64,000 bases of DNA, taken from Eledone cirrhosa. Its lineage: Eukaryota. This document shows, piece after piece, positions 43,566 through 58,249 of the stretch. Each line of letters starts with the position of its first letter. Position 1 is the stretch's first letter. Position numbers and translations under genes: made by a program. The notes beneath the pieces are model-generated. The model was not told where the DNA came from. It searched no databases and saw only the letters and a list, made by a program, of their open reading frames with translations. The DNA lies in contig OZ024747.1 of the NCBI GenBank assembly GCA_964016885.1, positions 49,910,001 to 49,974,000 on the forward strand, written 5' to 3'.

Positions 43566-43861
43566 GATATTTCATTGATAATCCATTTCTCAGACTTTTT
43601 TTTCTAAATTTTAATCAAGTGATAGATTATTTGTTTAGGCAGTCAAATATAGTAGAAGTCAACTATGATACCTGAATATTTCGTCCCCACGGTCCTCCAC
43701 TCACCTATGGGGAGGGAGGTGTAGATGAATAGTATCAATTGAAGAGAAAAGATGACTAATGTGGAATTCAATGCCAGTGAAATTTTAATTTGAACAAAGC
43801 TGTGATCTATGGCTAATTCTAAAGTTGGAAACTCTACCATTTTTATTTCTGATTTTCATTA

Positions 43862-43908
43862 TTTCTCTCTCTTTCTCACTCGCTCCCTCATTCTCTGTTT
43901 CTCTCTCT

Positions 43909-43970
<62 letters not shown>

Positions 43971-44021
43971 GTCTCTGTTTCTCTCTCTCTCTCTCGGTCA
44001 CACTCTCCTTCCCTCAGTCTC

Positions 44022-44062
<41 letters not shown>

Positions 44063-44095
44063 CTCTTTTCATCTCTCAGTCACTCTCTCTCTCTA
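43862..44095. repeat. (CT)n microsatellite
   Basis: Directly visible. Confidence 0.95.
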
Positions 44096-44291
44096 GAAAC
44101 TGATTCTAATGGTTTCAACATAGAGGACAAAGAGAGTAAAAAGCAAAACAAAACAATGAGAAGAAAGAGACACAATTTTTGTTCTTCTCTTTCTACCTCA
44201 TATACCAGGAAAATCTACATATACAATGCCTGGAGATCTGATGAGCTATACTGAAGAAATATAAACATATTGAAATGAACATTTGTCTATG

Positions 44292-44780
44292 ATCATCATC
44301 ATCACTGTTTTATGTCCGTTCTTCCACGCTAGCATGGGTTAGACGGGTTGTACTGTTGTGGTCAGTGTCCGGTCGGCTGACCTTGTCTTGCTCATACGGG
44401 AACTGATTCTGGCTTGATTTCTACAGCTGGATGCCCTTCCTAACACCAACCTCATTTACAGTGAGTGCTGGGTGCTTTCTTGCTGTGGCACCTCCAAGAC
44501 CACTTTGCAGTGTGGGCTGGGTGCTTTCTTGCCGTGGCACCTCCAAGACCACTTTGCAGTGTGAGCCGGGTGCTTTCTTGCCGTGGCACCTCCAAGACCA
44601 CTTTGTAGTGGAATGATAGGGACACCAGTCCCTATCATCTCATTTCTACAGCTGAGTAAACTGGAGCAATGTGAAATAAAGTGTCTTGCTCAAGGAAACA
44701 ACACATCACCCTGTCCGAGAATTGAACTCACAATCTTTCGATTGCAAGTCCAATGCTCTAACCACTAAGCCATGTGCCTT
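44292..44780 (-). mobile_element. SINE family B, full length, with triplicated ~48-bp internal unit
   Basis: tRNA head (TGGCTTAGTGGTTAGAGC ... GAGTTCAATTC), CORE-like domain, 3x GGGTGCTTTCTTGC.GTGGCACCTCCAAGACCACTTTG, RTE-like tail. Confidence 0.9.
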
Positions 44781-45209
44781 CATGGATATAGAAGTTACAG
44801 AAATTCAAAATTAAACTATGCTGGCATGGGCTGGATGGAATATTACAGATGAAGTCTGTATTTAATCAGAGCTACTATCTACCTATACAGGCCACAACTG
44901 ATATTGGCGGACCTGAGTAAAATAGAGAAACAGAAAGATCTGTGTATAATGAGCTATCGACTGGGAAACACTATGATTTCAGTGCACTTATGGATAACAT
45001 CATTCATCGCAGTTCACCAGATGTTAATAGAGATCAGTTGCAGTGAATAAGACACAGCAATATATCACACGCATGATATAATGTTATCTTTCAATGAACA
45101 AGGCCAAATATGTCCATACAAACCATAGGATGCACCAAACTAAAACCAAAATACAGTGATAACATATAAGAACATAATGTACAACAAATGTGGCTGTGTA
45201 AGAAGATAA

Positions 45210-46361
45210 AATACATAGAGAGAGAGATGATAATAGATTAAATATATATAGAGAGATGGTAATACAATATATAGAGAGAGGTGATAATACAATATATAGA
45301 GAGAGATGATAATACAATGTAGAGAGAGAGGTGATAATAAATAAAATATATAGAGAGAGATGATAATAAATACAATATATAGAGAGAGATGATAATAAAT
45401 AAAATATATAGAGAGAGATGATAATAAATAAAATATATAGAGAGAGATGATAATAGATAAAATATATAGAGAGAGATGGTAATACAATATATATAGAGAG
45501 GTGATAATACAATATATAGAGAGAGATGGTAATACAATATATAGAGAGAGATGGTAATACAATATATATATAGAGATGATAATAGATGAAATATATATAG
45601 AGAGATGATAATAGATTAAATATATATAGAGAGATGGTAATACAATATATAGAGAGAGATGGTAATACAATATATAGAGAGAGATGATAATACAATGTAG
45701 AGAGAGAGGTGATAATAAATAAAATATATATAGAGAGATGATAATAGATGAAATATATATAGAGAGATGGTAATACAATATATAGAGAGATGATAATAGA
45801 TGAAATATATATAGAGAGATGGTAATACAATATATAGAGAGATGATAATACAATATATAGAGAGAGATGATAATACAATATATAGAGAGAGATGGTAATA
45901 CAATATATAGAGAGAGATGGTAATACAATATATAGAAAGATGATAATAGATTAAATATATATAGAGAGATGGTAATACAATATATAGAGAGAGATGATAA
46001 TACAATATATAGAGAGAGATGGTAATACAATATATAGAGAGAGATGGTAATACAATATATAGAGAGAGATGGTAATACAATATATAGAGAGATGATAATA
46101 GATTAAATATATATAGAGAGATGGTAATACAATATATAGAGAGAGATGGTAATACAATATATAGAGAGAGATGATAATACAATGTAGAGAGAGAGGTGAT
46201 AATAAATAACATATATATAGAGAGATGATAATAGATGAAATATATATAGAGAGGTGATAATACAATATATAGAGAGAGATGGTAATACAATATATAGAGA
46301 GAGATGATAATTAATAAAATATATATAGAGAGATGATAATACATACAATATATAGAGAGAT
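45210..46361. repeat. ~25-bp AT-rich minisatellite (GAGAGATG(A/G)TAATACAATATATA)n
   Basis: Directly visible. Confidence 0.95.
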
Positions 46362-46549
46362 AATTGTTTCTACTTTTTGGCACAAGGCCAGCAATTACCT
46401 AGTGCATTACTGGTACTTTATTTTATCGACCCCGTAAGGATGAAAGGCAAAGTTAACCTCGGCGGGATTCGAACTCAGAATGGCAAGGGCCGTAACTCTA
46501 TGCATCAAAGCATGTCGTCCAACCCTCTACCGATACTGCCAATCTACCG
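46362..46549 (-). mobile_element. SINE family A
   Basis: Family A consensus with flanking GAGAGATAAT repeat. Confidence 0.9.
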
Positions 46550-47468
46550 AGAGAGATAATAATAGATAAAATCATTCAGACATCAGTTCTGGAACTGAAA
46601 TGAAATGTGATAGAGGAGAGGAAATTGAATGAAACCGAACTGGGTGGTCAGGTCAAGAAAGATTGAAAATGTGTTGCATTCTGGGAAGGAATGGTGTTTG
46701 TAGAGGAAGAGAGGAAAGGATGAAAATGAAAGAATAAAGGGACCGAAGGCAGAAGGGAAATAAATATAGAAGGAACACAAGAAGAAAGGGCTGGGATGGA
46801 GAGAAAAATTGTAAAGAGGGAGAGAGAGGGAGAGAGAGTGTGAGAAAGAAAGAGATAAAGATATCACATATAATTTTATATCTTATTTTTTTCCATGCTG
46901 GTGTGGGTTGGAAAGGTCACAATATGCCAGGTCAGTACTAAATCTAAGATATTGTCCTGTCAGTTGGCTTTAGTGGCAGGCACATCAAATTCAATGTTCA
47001 ACAAATCCCTTATTAAGTATCTCTCTGACTTAAAGGGTTAAAACATGCATAGTCTTTTTGTGGAATGACTTTTGGGAATACATTTCCACATTCTTAACCC
47101 CCCCCCCCCCCAAAAAAAAAGCCTAATTATTGAAACAACTTCAATTTTCAGTTCATTAACTATCTTCATGCTTAACTTAACTCTGCTATTTTGCCAAGAA
47201 ACATTCTACTCTAGAGCTTCATAAAAATGTTAATTAGCATCTAAATTTTGGTAGAGCTAACTATAAACTAAACAACATAGTGTTTCACTGTAAGCTATGA
47301 CCAATTGGCAAAACACGAGACAGAAGAGAAGTTGATGTTAGGAAGTGTCCTATGCTTTTACTCTTTTAATAGTTTCATTTATTAAATGGTGGCCATGCTT
47401 TACTCTTTTACAGTGGGTGTAGACTAGACGTAAATCAGAGATGGATACACACACACACACACATATAT

Positions 47469-47620
47469 CATCATCATCATCATCATCATCATTTTACGTC
47501 CGCTTTTCCCTGCTTGCAAGGGTGGGGCGGGAACTGATTCTGGTTTGATTTCTACAGCTGGATGCCCTTCCTAACACCAACCTCATTTACAGTGAGTGCT
47601 GGGTGCTTTTTTTTTCCGTG
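47469..47620 (-). mobile_element. SINE family B, 3' fragment
   Basis: Matches 48490-48640. Confidence 0.85.
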
Positions 47621-47775
47621 TATAAGGTTAGGCTTTTCAATATTTCTTGTTTATGTTTCCTAATATTAAATTTTGAGCATTAAATGTTCGAATTTGTATC
47701 ACAAATCATCTATTATTTGCTTGTATATATGTATATATATATATAAACCTCATTATGTATATGTATATATGTTAT

Positions 47776-47965
47776 GGGCGGTGAATTGGCAGTATCGGTA
47801 GAGGGTTGGACGCCATGCTTTCTAGCATAGTTACGTCCCTTTACAGTCTGAGTTCAAATCCCGCCGAGGTTAACTTTGCCTTTCATCCTTACGGGGTCGA
47901 TAAAATAAAGTACCGGTAATGTACTGGGTAATTGCTGGCCTTGTGCCAAAAGTAGAAACAATTAT
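47776..47965 (+). mobile_element. SINE family A
   Basis: Full family A consensus. Confidence 0.92.
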
Positions 47966-48489
47966 GTATATATGTTTCTATAGGGGTAGCTAGTTGAGTT
48001 CTTTGGCACAAATTCATTTGTTTGAAATCAACCACCAAACCACGTGTTTTAGTCTACTATAGGAGTCTTCCTCTTTTTCATTAGAGGCAGAGTGTGAGAA
48101 TAGCAAGAACTACTTGATAACTTATCCAGTAGTAATGGCTAACAAACGCTGTAAAGACCTATCTTACGATTTGGGCCATCTGCTGATGAAGTGTAACAGT
48201 CTGGTTATGTAAATATCTGCTGATATTATGTGACCTTTTGAATATTGAGGATGTAATATCTACATTTGTGAAGTTATGTGCGCAGAAACGATATCGTCCA
48301 GGAGTTGAGATTTTTACTTTTATCTCTACCGAAATACAGCCATCGTATCTGCTATTAATTAAATATGTGCAATCGGAACAGCTGATTGCAGCTACATTAC
48401 TGCAATTCGGTAGATTCAGTGGGTGTGCTAGATGTTGTCCGGAGAATGATGACTTAATAGCAGCGATCTTCGTTACTTTTATATATATA

Positions 48490-48836
48490 TCATCATCATC
48501 ATCATCATCATCATTTTACGTCCGCTTTTCCCTGCTTGCAAGGGTGGGACAGGAACTGATTCTGGCTTGATTTCTACAGCTGGAGGCCCTTCCTAACACC
48601 ACCCTCATTTACAGTGAGTGCTGGGTGCTTTTTTGCCGTGTCACCTCCACGACCACTTCACAGTGGAATGATAGGGACCCCAGTCCTTATCATCTCATTT
48701 CTACAGCTGAGTAAACTGGAGCAATGTGAAATAAAGTGTCTTGCTCAAGGAAACAACACATCACCCGGTCTGAGAATTGAACTCACAACCTTACGATTGC
48801 AAGGCCAATGCTCTAACCACTAAGCCATGTGCCTCC
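48490..48836 (-). mobile_element. SINE family B, full length
   Basis: tRNA head, CORE-like domain, RTE-like tail with (GAT)n. Confidence 0.92.
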
Positions 48837-49748
48837 ATGCTACATATATATGTAAGTATCCATACGTACACACACATATATATATATACATATATATATA
48901 TTGTTATATTTGGGGAGGGTCATATTTGCGTAATATTGCCAGAATTAATAACAGAACACACTCACTGTTTGGTTGGTTTTCGCTTCTCGCTGTCTTTTAT
49001 ATATATATATCTGCGATCTAACTTACTCGGTCCTCAATGTTGCCATTGACTGACCGGCGGTCAAAAATAATACAGATACAATATAGACAAACACATATAT
49101 ATATAGTTTACATAAATCTTTCGTTGCACATCTGCAACATCGTCAGTGGTGTTATATTCATTGTTCCTCCTGTTGTGTTGTATGTCTACGCCATTTTTTT
49201 TTTTTTTGTTCAGTCTGAACAAAAATTTTTTTTTACTTACTTAAATTTTCACTCCAACTAATTAGTTTCTGCAATGGGATAAAGACAGTTACGTAATCCA
49301 ACTGTCGAGAATTCATTGCGTCATCAGGGAGTCTATTCTCAGCTGAGTCTCCAGGCAATGCGCGGACACTGGCGGCTCATATAAAAATAATAATAATTCG
49401 GTAGAAAGAACAGCTTGCGAGGACTGGATTCTATGTACTGAAATTCTCACTGCTTCTAGTCAAAGAATCAATCACGTGACACAGAGGCTAGTTAGAAGGA
49501 ATGGGATGGTAAGATGACTGACGCCTACTAACACCCCAAAAAAAATTTAGAAGTGGTTTTGGCAGGTTTGCTCGACAAATCAGTGATTTGGAGATAAATA
49601 TAGATAATTTAATATATCAGCTAACATAGGCGCACAGATGCACGTCCATGCCAGCAAATACACAGGTTATGTCATAATACCTAGGTGGTTCAATGCAGGA
49701 GGGTGCAGAACAATAATATAAAAGACGTAAGATAAGAAAATATTTTTT

Positions 49749-49781
<33 letters not shown>

Positions 49782-49807
49782 CCATACGTACACACATATA
49801 TATATAC

Positions 49808-49859
<52 letters not shown>

Positions 49860-49894
49860 GTGTGTACGTATGGATACTTACATATATATGTACT

Positions 49895-49937
<43 letters not shown>

Positions 49938-49955
49938 GTATATATATATATATGT

Positions 49956-50215
49956 ATCATCAACACCGTTTTACGTCCGTTCTTCCACGCTAGCATGGGT
50001 TAGACGGGTTGTCCTGTTGTGTGCAGTGTCTGGTCGGCTGACCATGCCTTGCTCATACAGGAACTGATCTGGCTTGATTTCTACAGCTGGATGCCCTTCC
50101 TAACACCAACCTCATTTACAGTGAGTGCTGGGTGCTTTTTCGTGGCGCCTACACGTCCACTTTACAGTGTGGGCTGGGTGCTTTTTTGCCGTGGCACCTC
50201 CACGACCACCTTGCG
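49956..50215 (-). mobile_element. SINE family B, 3' part
   Basis: Same tail variant as the 44292 copy. Confidence 0.85.
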
Positions 50216-50365
50216 GTGGGGGGTGTGGGGGCATATTGTTTATATGCTTCAGCATGTACCCATGGGAGGTCGGGTACTCTGTATTACTGCGTGACGCCAG
50301 AAGTCACGGTCGTGTGTCATTGTCTTTGAGAGGTGTAATTGGGTAAGGTCGGCTTTTATCACCTC

Positions 50366-50453
<88 letters not shown>

Positions 50454-51329
50454 GTGTGTATAATGGTAGCTATGGTGCTTCCATAGGCGGTATGCCAGAA
50501 TTAGCACTCAATATTCATACAGAGCAGAGTGTGAATAGTATAAAAAAACGAAAAATTAGTGATGCATCTGGACTCAGTTTGTTGCGTGTTACAATTGTTT
50601 CGCCGGCAGGTAGCTCGAGACATGATCACTGTATGGATCTGGCTGATTCTACGGCTGCACGTTCCTTCGGACACATGCAATTCATTCGGAACAAATTTTC
50701 TCACTGGGGTGTTATCGTCAAAAAACACCTTCAAAAAACATCTTCCACTCTTGTCATGCCATTGGCTGTTGTTTTTCTACGTCATCATAAGTTCTGGTCA
50801 CTATTTACTGCTACACGGGTCATCAGCCATTTTTCGTCCGACACACTTCAATGGAGCCATGCTGGATTTGGTATCTGACACGTCTGTTCACACGCCAGAG
50901 TATGTACCCACATATACACACACACACATACATACACACGTGCAGGCACACACACATGCATGCATACATGTGTAGACACACATACCCCCATGCACATATA
51001 TACACGCACACACTCTCCCTCTCTTACACATACCCAGGCACACCCACATCCACATACCGACCGCCACATGCTTATTGGCGCCTGGCCAAACAGCCCTTAC
51101 ATCCGGTCTCACAGGCACGCATATGCGCAGACACACGTACACGCATACAAAGACACATATCGGCGTTCGGGCACATCTGCACATATATACACAAACACTC
51201 TCAGACACATACATAGATACACACACGCACATACATGCATATCCTTATGGATAGACATCAAGGACAGACACAGTATGTGTGTGTTTGTGTATATATATAT
51301 ATATACACAAACACACACATACCACTAAA

Positions 51330-51939
<610 letters not shown>

Positions 51940-52068
51940 TCACATATAGAGCAGGCTTTGTTTTTTCTCAGCATAACTCACTCAGTATGCAAATGGAGCT
52001 AATCAGCCAATGTTTACTTCAGAAAATACTATATATTTTCAACCGTTCAACAGATTAGCAGAAAGGTA

Positions 52069-52113
52069 AACAGTCCTGATGAAGGGTAATGACCCAGAAA
52101 CCTGTTGATTGTT
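52069..52113 (+). ncRNA. Minimal type I hammerhead ribozyme-like motif
   Basis: AACAGTC-CTGATGA-A-GGGT-AATG-ACCC-A-GAAAC-CT-GTT-GATTGTT: core, stem II, tiny stem III and stem I pairing. Confidence 0.55.
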
Positions 52114-53052
52114 CCTCGGTGCCACTGTTGAACAAACAGATGAACAAATACTGGGCCTGACTATATGGTTTCAAGGCTCAGCACAGTATGTGTGTGTTTG
52201 TGTATATATATATACACAAACACACACATACTGTGTCTGTCCTTGATGTCTATCCATAAGGATATGCATGTATGTGCGTGTGTGTATCTATGTATGTGTC
52301 TGAGAGTGTTTGTGTATATATGTGCAGATGTGCCCGAACGCCGATATGTGTCTTTGTATGCGTGTACGTGTGTGTCTGCGCATATGCGTGCCTGTGAGAC
52401 CGGATGTAAGGGCTGTTTGGCCAGGCGCCAATAAGCATGTGGCGGTCGGTATGTGGATGTGGGTGTGCCTGGGTATGTGTAAGAGAGGGAGAGTGTGTGC
52501 GTGTATATATGTGCATGGGGGTATGTGTGTCTACACATGTATGCATGCATGTGTGTGTGCCTGCACGTGTGTATGTATGTGTGTGTGTGTATATGTGGGT
52601 ACATACTCTGGCGTGTGAACAGACGTGTCAGATACCAAATCCAGCATGGCTCCATTGAAGTGTGTCGGACGAAAAATGGCTGATGACCCGTGTAGCAGTA
52701 AATAGTGACCAGAACTTATGATGACGTAGAAAAACAACAGCCAATGGCATGACAAGAGTGGAAGATGTTTTTTGAAGGTGTTTTTTGACGATAACACCCC
52801 AGTGAGAAAATTTGTTCCGAATGAATTGCATGTGTCCGAAGGAACGTGCAGCCGTAGAATCAGCCAGATCCATACAGTGATCATGTCTCGAGCTACCTGC
52901 CGGCGAAACAATTGTAACACGCAATAAACTGAGTCCAGATGCATCACTAATTTTTCGTTTTTTTATACTATTCACACTCTGCTCTGTATGAATATTGAGT
53001 GCTAATTCTGGCATACCGCCTATGGAAGCACCATAGCTACCATTATACACAC

Positions 53053-53116
<64 letters not shown>

Positions 53117-53429
53117 TATAAAGTAAAACCTACTACAGTCAGTAGGCATCTCTAACAAATGTTTGTAGTATCTCTACTGGTGAACAGATCATTGTTAAAA
53201 TTTGCAAGATTAAGGTAAAAGCATTAATTTCTGTGTGACGTCATCATAATGTTTGTTTTGTTTCTTTTTATTTTCACTCTTTAGGACTGTTTTATTAATG
53301 TGGCCCCATGTGGTTCAGGACATTAAAAGGTAACACTTGATACATATTTAAATTAAAAAAAAAAAAAAATGTGTCAGTTGTAGAAGCAGAGGTGCAGTAT
53401 AGAAGCAGAAGTGTAACAGAAGTATGGAT

Positions 53430-54385
53430 GTTACATTTGGAGTAGCTGGAGTGTGACAGGTGCAGTAGCTGGGATGTGACAGGTGTAGTAGCTGGAGTGT
53501 GACAGTTGCAGTAGCTGGGATTTTACAGTTGCAGTAGCTAGGATGTGACAGTTGTAGTAGCTGGAGTGACAGTTGCAGTAGCTGGAGTGTGACAGTTGTA
53601 GTAGCTGGAGTGACAGTTGCAGTAGCTGGAGTGTGACAGTTGTAGTAGCTGGAGTGGGACAGTTGCAGTAGCTGGAGTGACAGTTGCAGTAGCTGGAGTG
53701 TGACAGTTGTAGTAGCTGGAGTGGGACAGTTGCAGGAGCTGGAGTGTGACAGTTGCAGTAGCTGGGATGTGACAGTTGTAGTAGCTGTAGTGTGACAGTT
53801 GTAGTAGCTGGAGTGTGACAGTTGTAGTAGCTGGAGTGGGACAGTTGCAGTAGCTGGAGTGACAGTTGCAGTAGCTGGAGTGTGACAGTTGTAGTAGCTG
53901 GAGTGGGACAGTTGCAGGAGCTGGAGTGTGACAGTTGTAGTAGCTGGAGTGGGACAGTTGCAGTAGCTGGAGTGACAGTTGCAGTAGCTGGAGTGTGACA
54001 GTTGTAGTAGCTGGAGTGGGACAGTTGCAGGAGCTGGAGTGTGACAGTTGCAGTAGCTGGGATGTGACAGTTGTAGTAGCTGTAGTGTGACAGTTGTAGT
54101 AGCTGGAGTGTGAAAGTTGTAGTAGCTGGAGTGTGACAGTTGCAGTAGCTGGGATGTGACAGTTGTAGTAGCTGTAGTGTGACAGTTGTAGTAGCTGGAG
54201 TGTGAAAGTTGTAGTAGCTGGAGTGACAGTTGCAGTAGCTGGGATGTGACACTTGTAGTAGCTGGAGTGACAGTTGCAGTAGCTGGGATGTAACAGTTGC
54301 AGTACCTGGGATGTGACAGTTGTAGTAGCTGGAGTGTGACAGTTGTAGTAGCTGGAGTGACAGTTTCAGTAGCTGGGATGTGACA
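53430..54385. repeat. 21/23-bp minisatellite (GTGACAGTTG(T/C)AGTAGCTGGA[GT])n
   Basis: Directly visible. Confidence 0.96.
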
Positions 54386-54597
54386 TATTTGTAGAAGTAG
54401 ATGAGTGCGACAACTGTAGGAGTGACAGCCACCGACTCACCGCTGGTCTCGACTTGTCTCTCTAGCTACTGTGCGTATGTGACAAGGAGACCCATGGGGC
54501 CAGGAGCCTATATGAGATGCAAGCTGTTTTGGAGTGTTTCCATAGTGAGTAGATACCTTAGGAGGTACGTTCGTACATACATTCAGAAGTATATATT

Positions 54598-54725
<128 letters not shown>

Positions 54726-55079
54726 AGTATGTTTATGTGTGTACATGATACATGATGATTTCAAGGGAATGAAACAATTCTAGTCATGAAGAAGTCATTT
54801 CCATACGAAATATATTTTAAAATAGCAGACAAACTAGGCAGGTTTTTTTACTGCTGAAAATGATTTTTTTCTGTTACTTTTATTTCTTAATCTCATTCAT
54901 CTTTCTACCTTTTCTCACATTTTTTATTCTATCTTCCCATGAAGGATTTATGTCTGAAACATTAAAATACTTTTCCTATTATATCAAGAATTAAACTAAT
55001 ATATGTCATCATTCTATTGTATTGTCCAACTGTATGGTTTTTCTTTGTGGTCATTTCGCACACACACACATTCATAAAG

Positions 55080-55150
<71 letters not shown>

Positions 55151-55758
55151 TGCATACACATATATGCATGATGGCTGCCCCCTCGTTATCGAGTATGGCC
55201 ATTGCACGATATACCATTATTAATAATTATTAATTAATTCTATCGTGCAATGCTTGTGCATGAAGATATTTTTTAAAGTGAGGAAAGACTGTGCACTGAG
55301 CCAATCCCACTCTCTGAGCGACAGTAGCTATAACCCGAAAAGAAGAAAAGATCAACATCATCGGTAACTACTGAGCTGCAGGTTTTATATCGGAGTTATC
55401 CCGGTTTCCTGAGTTGCCTTCTCCTAGAAGAATGCCCTGACAACGGCTAAAGGTCCTTCACTTCCAGTGGTTTAACATATATACATACACATGCACCCAT
55501 GTATATACACATATACATACACATGTACATGTGTATATACATATATACTTACATACACAGATAAATACATATAAACATACATACACAAGTGTGTGGGTGT
55601 GTGTGAATACTGTAGTAAAGTATACTTATGTGTAAATCTATCTATATATATATATATATACGCATGTATAGAGAAACAATTATTTATATACACACACATA
55701 CGTATACATGCAACTGTGGTTGTGTGCATAAATTGAATTACTCATTCATATTTGCATT

Positions 55759-57231
55759 TGGGGAGGAGGGTGTTGTGACAGTGGGGAGGGTGTTGTGTTG
55801 CTGTGGAGGGTGTTGTGTTGGTGGGGAGGGTGTTGTGACAGTGGGGAGGGTGTTGTGTTGCTGGGGAGGGTGTTGTGACAATGGGGAGGGTGTTGTGTTG
55901 GTGGGGAGGGTGTTGTGACAGTGGGGAGGGTGTTGTGTTGGTGGGGAGGGTGTTGTGACAGTGGGGAGGGTGTTGTGACAATGGGGAGGGTGTTGTGTTG
56001 GTGGGGAGGGTGTTGTGACAGTGGGGAGGGTGTTGTGACAGCGGGGAGGGTGTTGTGTTGGTGGGGAGGGGGCTAAGTTGGTGGGGAGGGTGTTGTGTTG
56101 GTGGGGAGGGTGTTGTGACAATGGGGAGGGGGTTGTGTTGGTGGGGAAGGTGTTGTGACAGTGGGGAGGGTGTTGTGACAATGGGGAGGGTGTTGTGTTG
56201 GTGGGGAGGGTGTTGTGACAGTGGGGAGGGTGTTGTGTTGGTGGGGAGGGTGTTGTGACTGTGGGGAGGGGGTTAAGTTGGTGGGGAGGGTGTTGTGTTG
56301 GTGGGGAGGGTGTTGTGACAGTGGGGAGGGTGTTGTGACAATGGGGAGGGTGTTGTGTTGGTGGGGAGGGTGTTGTGACAGCGGGGAGGGTGTTGTGTTG
56401 GTGGGGAGGGTGTTGTGTTGGTGGGGAAGGTGTTGTGACAGTGGGGAAGGTGTTGTAACAGTGGGGAGGGTGTTGTGTTGGTGGGGAGGGTATTGTGTTG
56501 GTGGGGAGGGTATTGTGACAGGGAGGAGGGTGTTGTGTTGGTGTGGAGGGCGTTGTGTTGGTGGGGAGGGTGTTGTGACTGTGGGGAGGGGGTTAAGTTG
56601 GTGGGGAGGGGGTTGTCACAGTGGGGAGGGTGTTGTGACACGGGGGGGGTGACAGTGGGGAGGGTGTTGTGTTTTGGATGGGAGGGTGTTGTGTTGGTGG
56701 GGAGGAGGTTGTGACAGTGGGGAGGGTGTTGTGACAGTGGGGAGGGTGTTGTGTTGGTGGGGAGGGTGTTGTGACACTGGGGAGGGTGTTGTGTTGGTGG
56801 GGAGGGTGTTGTGTTGGTGGTGAGGGTGTTGTGTTGGTGGCGAGGGTGTTGTGTTGGTGGGGAGGGTGTTGTGTTGGTGGGGAGGGTGTTGTGTTGGTGG
56901 GGAGGGTGTTGTGTTGGTGGGGAGGGTGTTGTGACAATGGGGAGGGGGTTAAGTTGGTGGGGAGGGTGTTGTGTTGGTGTGGAGGGTGTTGTGTTGGTGT
57001 GGAGGGTGTTGTGTTGGTGGGGAGGGTGTTGTGACACTGGGGAGGGTGTTGTGTTGTGGGGAGGGTGTTGTGTTGGTGGGGAGGGTGTTGTGACACTGGG
57101 GAGGGTGTTGTGTTGGTGGGGAGGGTGTTGTGTTGGTGGGGAGGGTGTTGTGACACTGGGGAGGGTGTTGTGTTGGTGGGGAGGGTGTTGTGTTGGTGGG
57201 GAGGGTGTTGTGACACTGGGGAGGGTGTTGT
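55759..57231. repeat. 20-bp G-rich minisatellite (GTGGGGAGGGTGTTGTG(TTG/ACA))n
   Basis: Directly visible. Confidence 0.97.
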
Positions 57232-57361
57232 AAGAGTATTGACTCTATTGTTGTTTCTCTTTTGTTTTCTGTAAACCAGGAAATCCAATTTGACATCATC
57301 TCCCTCACAGTGTGTGTCTCGAGGGATGGGGGTAAGTGTGTGTGTGGCTGACGTTCTGTTT

Positions 57362-58170
<809 letters not shown>

Positions 58171-58249
58171 AAGCTGATCTGATAGATAATTATAAAGGGA
58201 ATGCAAAAACAAAGACAAAAATCAAAATCTAAATTGAAAACAAATCAGC

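Noticed and set aside
36044-45139. Alternative minus-strand microexon chain (45124-45139, 44883-44912, 44206-44250, 43672-43704, 42738-42793, 39101-39129, 36044-36196), phase-compatible with one internal TAG
   Set aside because: It overlaps the + strand candidates, and some of its pyrimidine tracts are antisense to purine-rich + exons. It has no counterpart to the strong + splice sites at 53-57 kb. Not fully excluded; it shows that hand-picked exon chains can be overfitted.
42419-47041. piggyBac-like ends TTAACCCTTT ... AAAGGGTTAA
   Set aside because: Only ~10 bp match, 4.6 kb apart, and no transposase between them
48770-48836. tRNA-like sequence (also 44715-44780, 51533-51597, ~1110-1177)
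   Set aside because: These are SINE heads, continuous with SINE bodies
50339-50975. Duplicated 138-179 aa ORFs in the inverted arms
   Set aside because: No recognisable motif; they start or end in microsatellites; duplication is explained by the inversion
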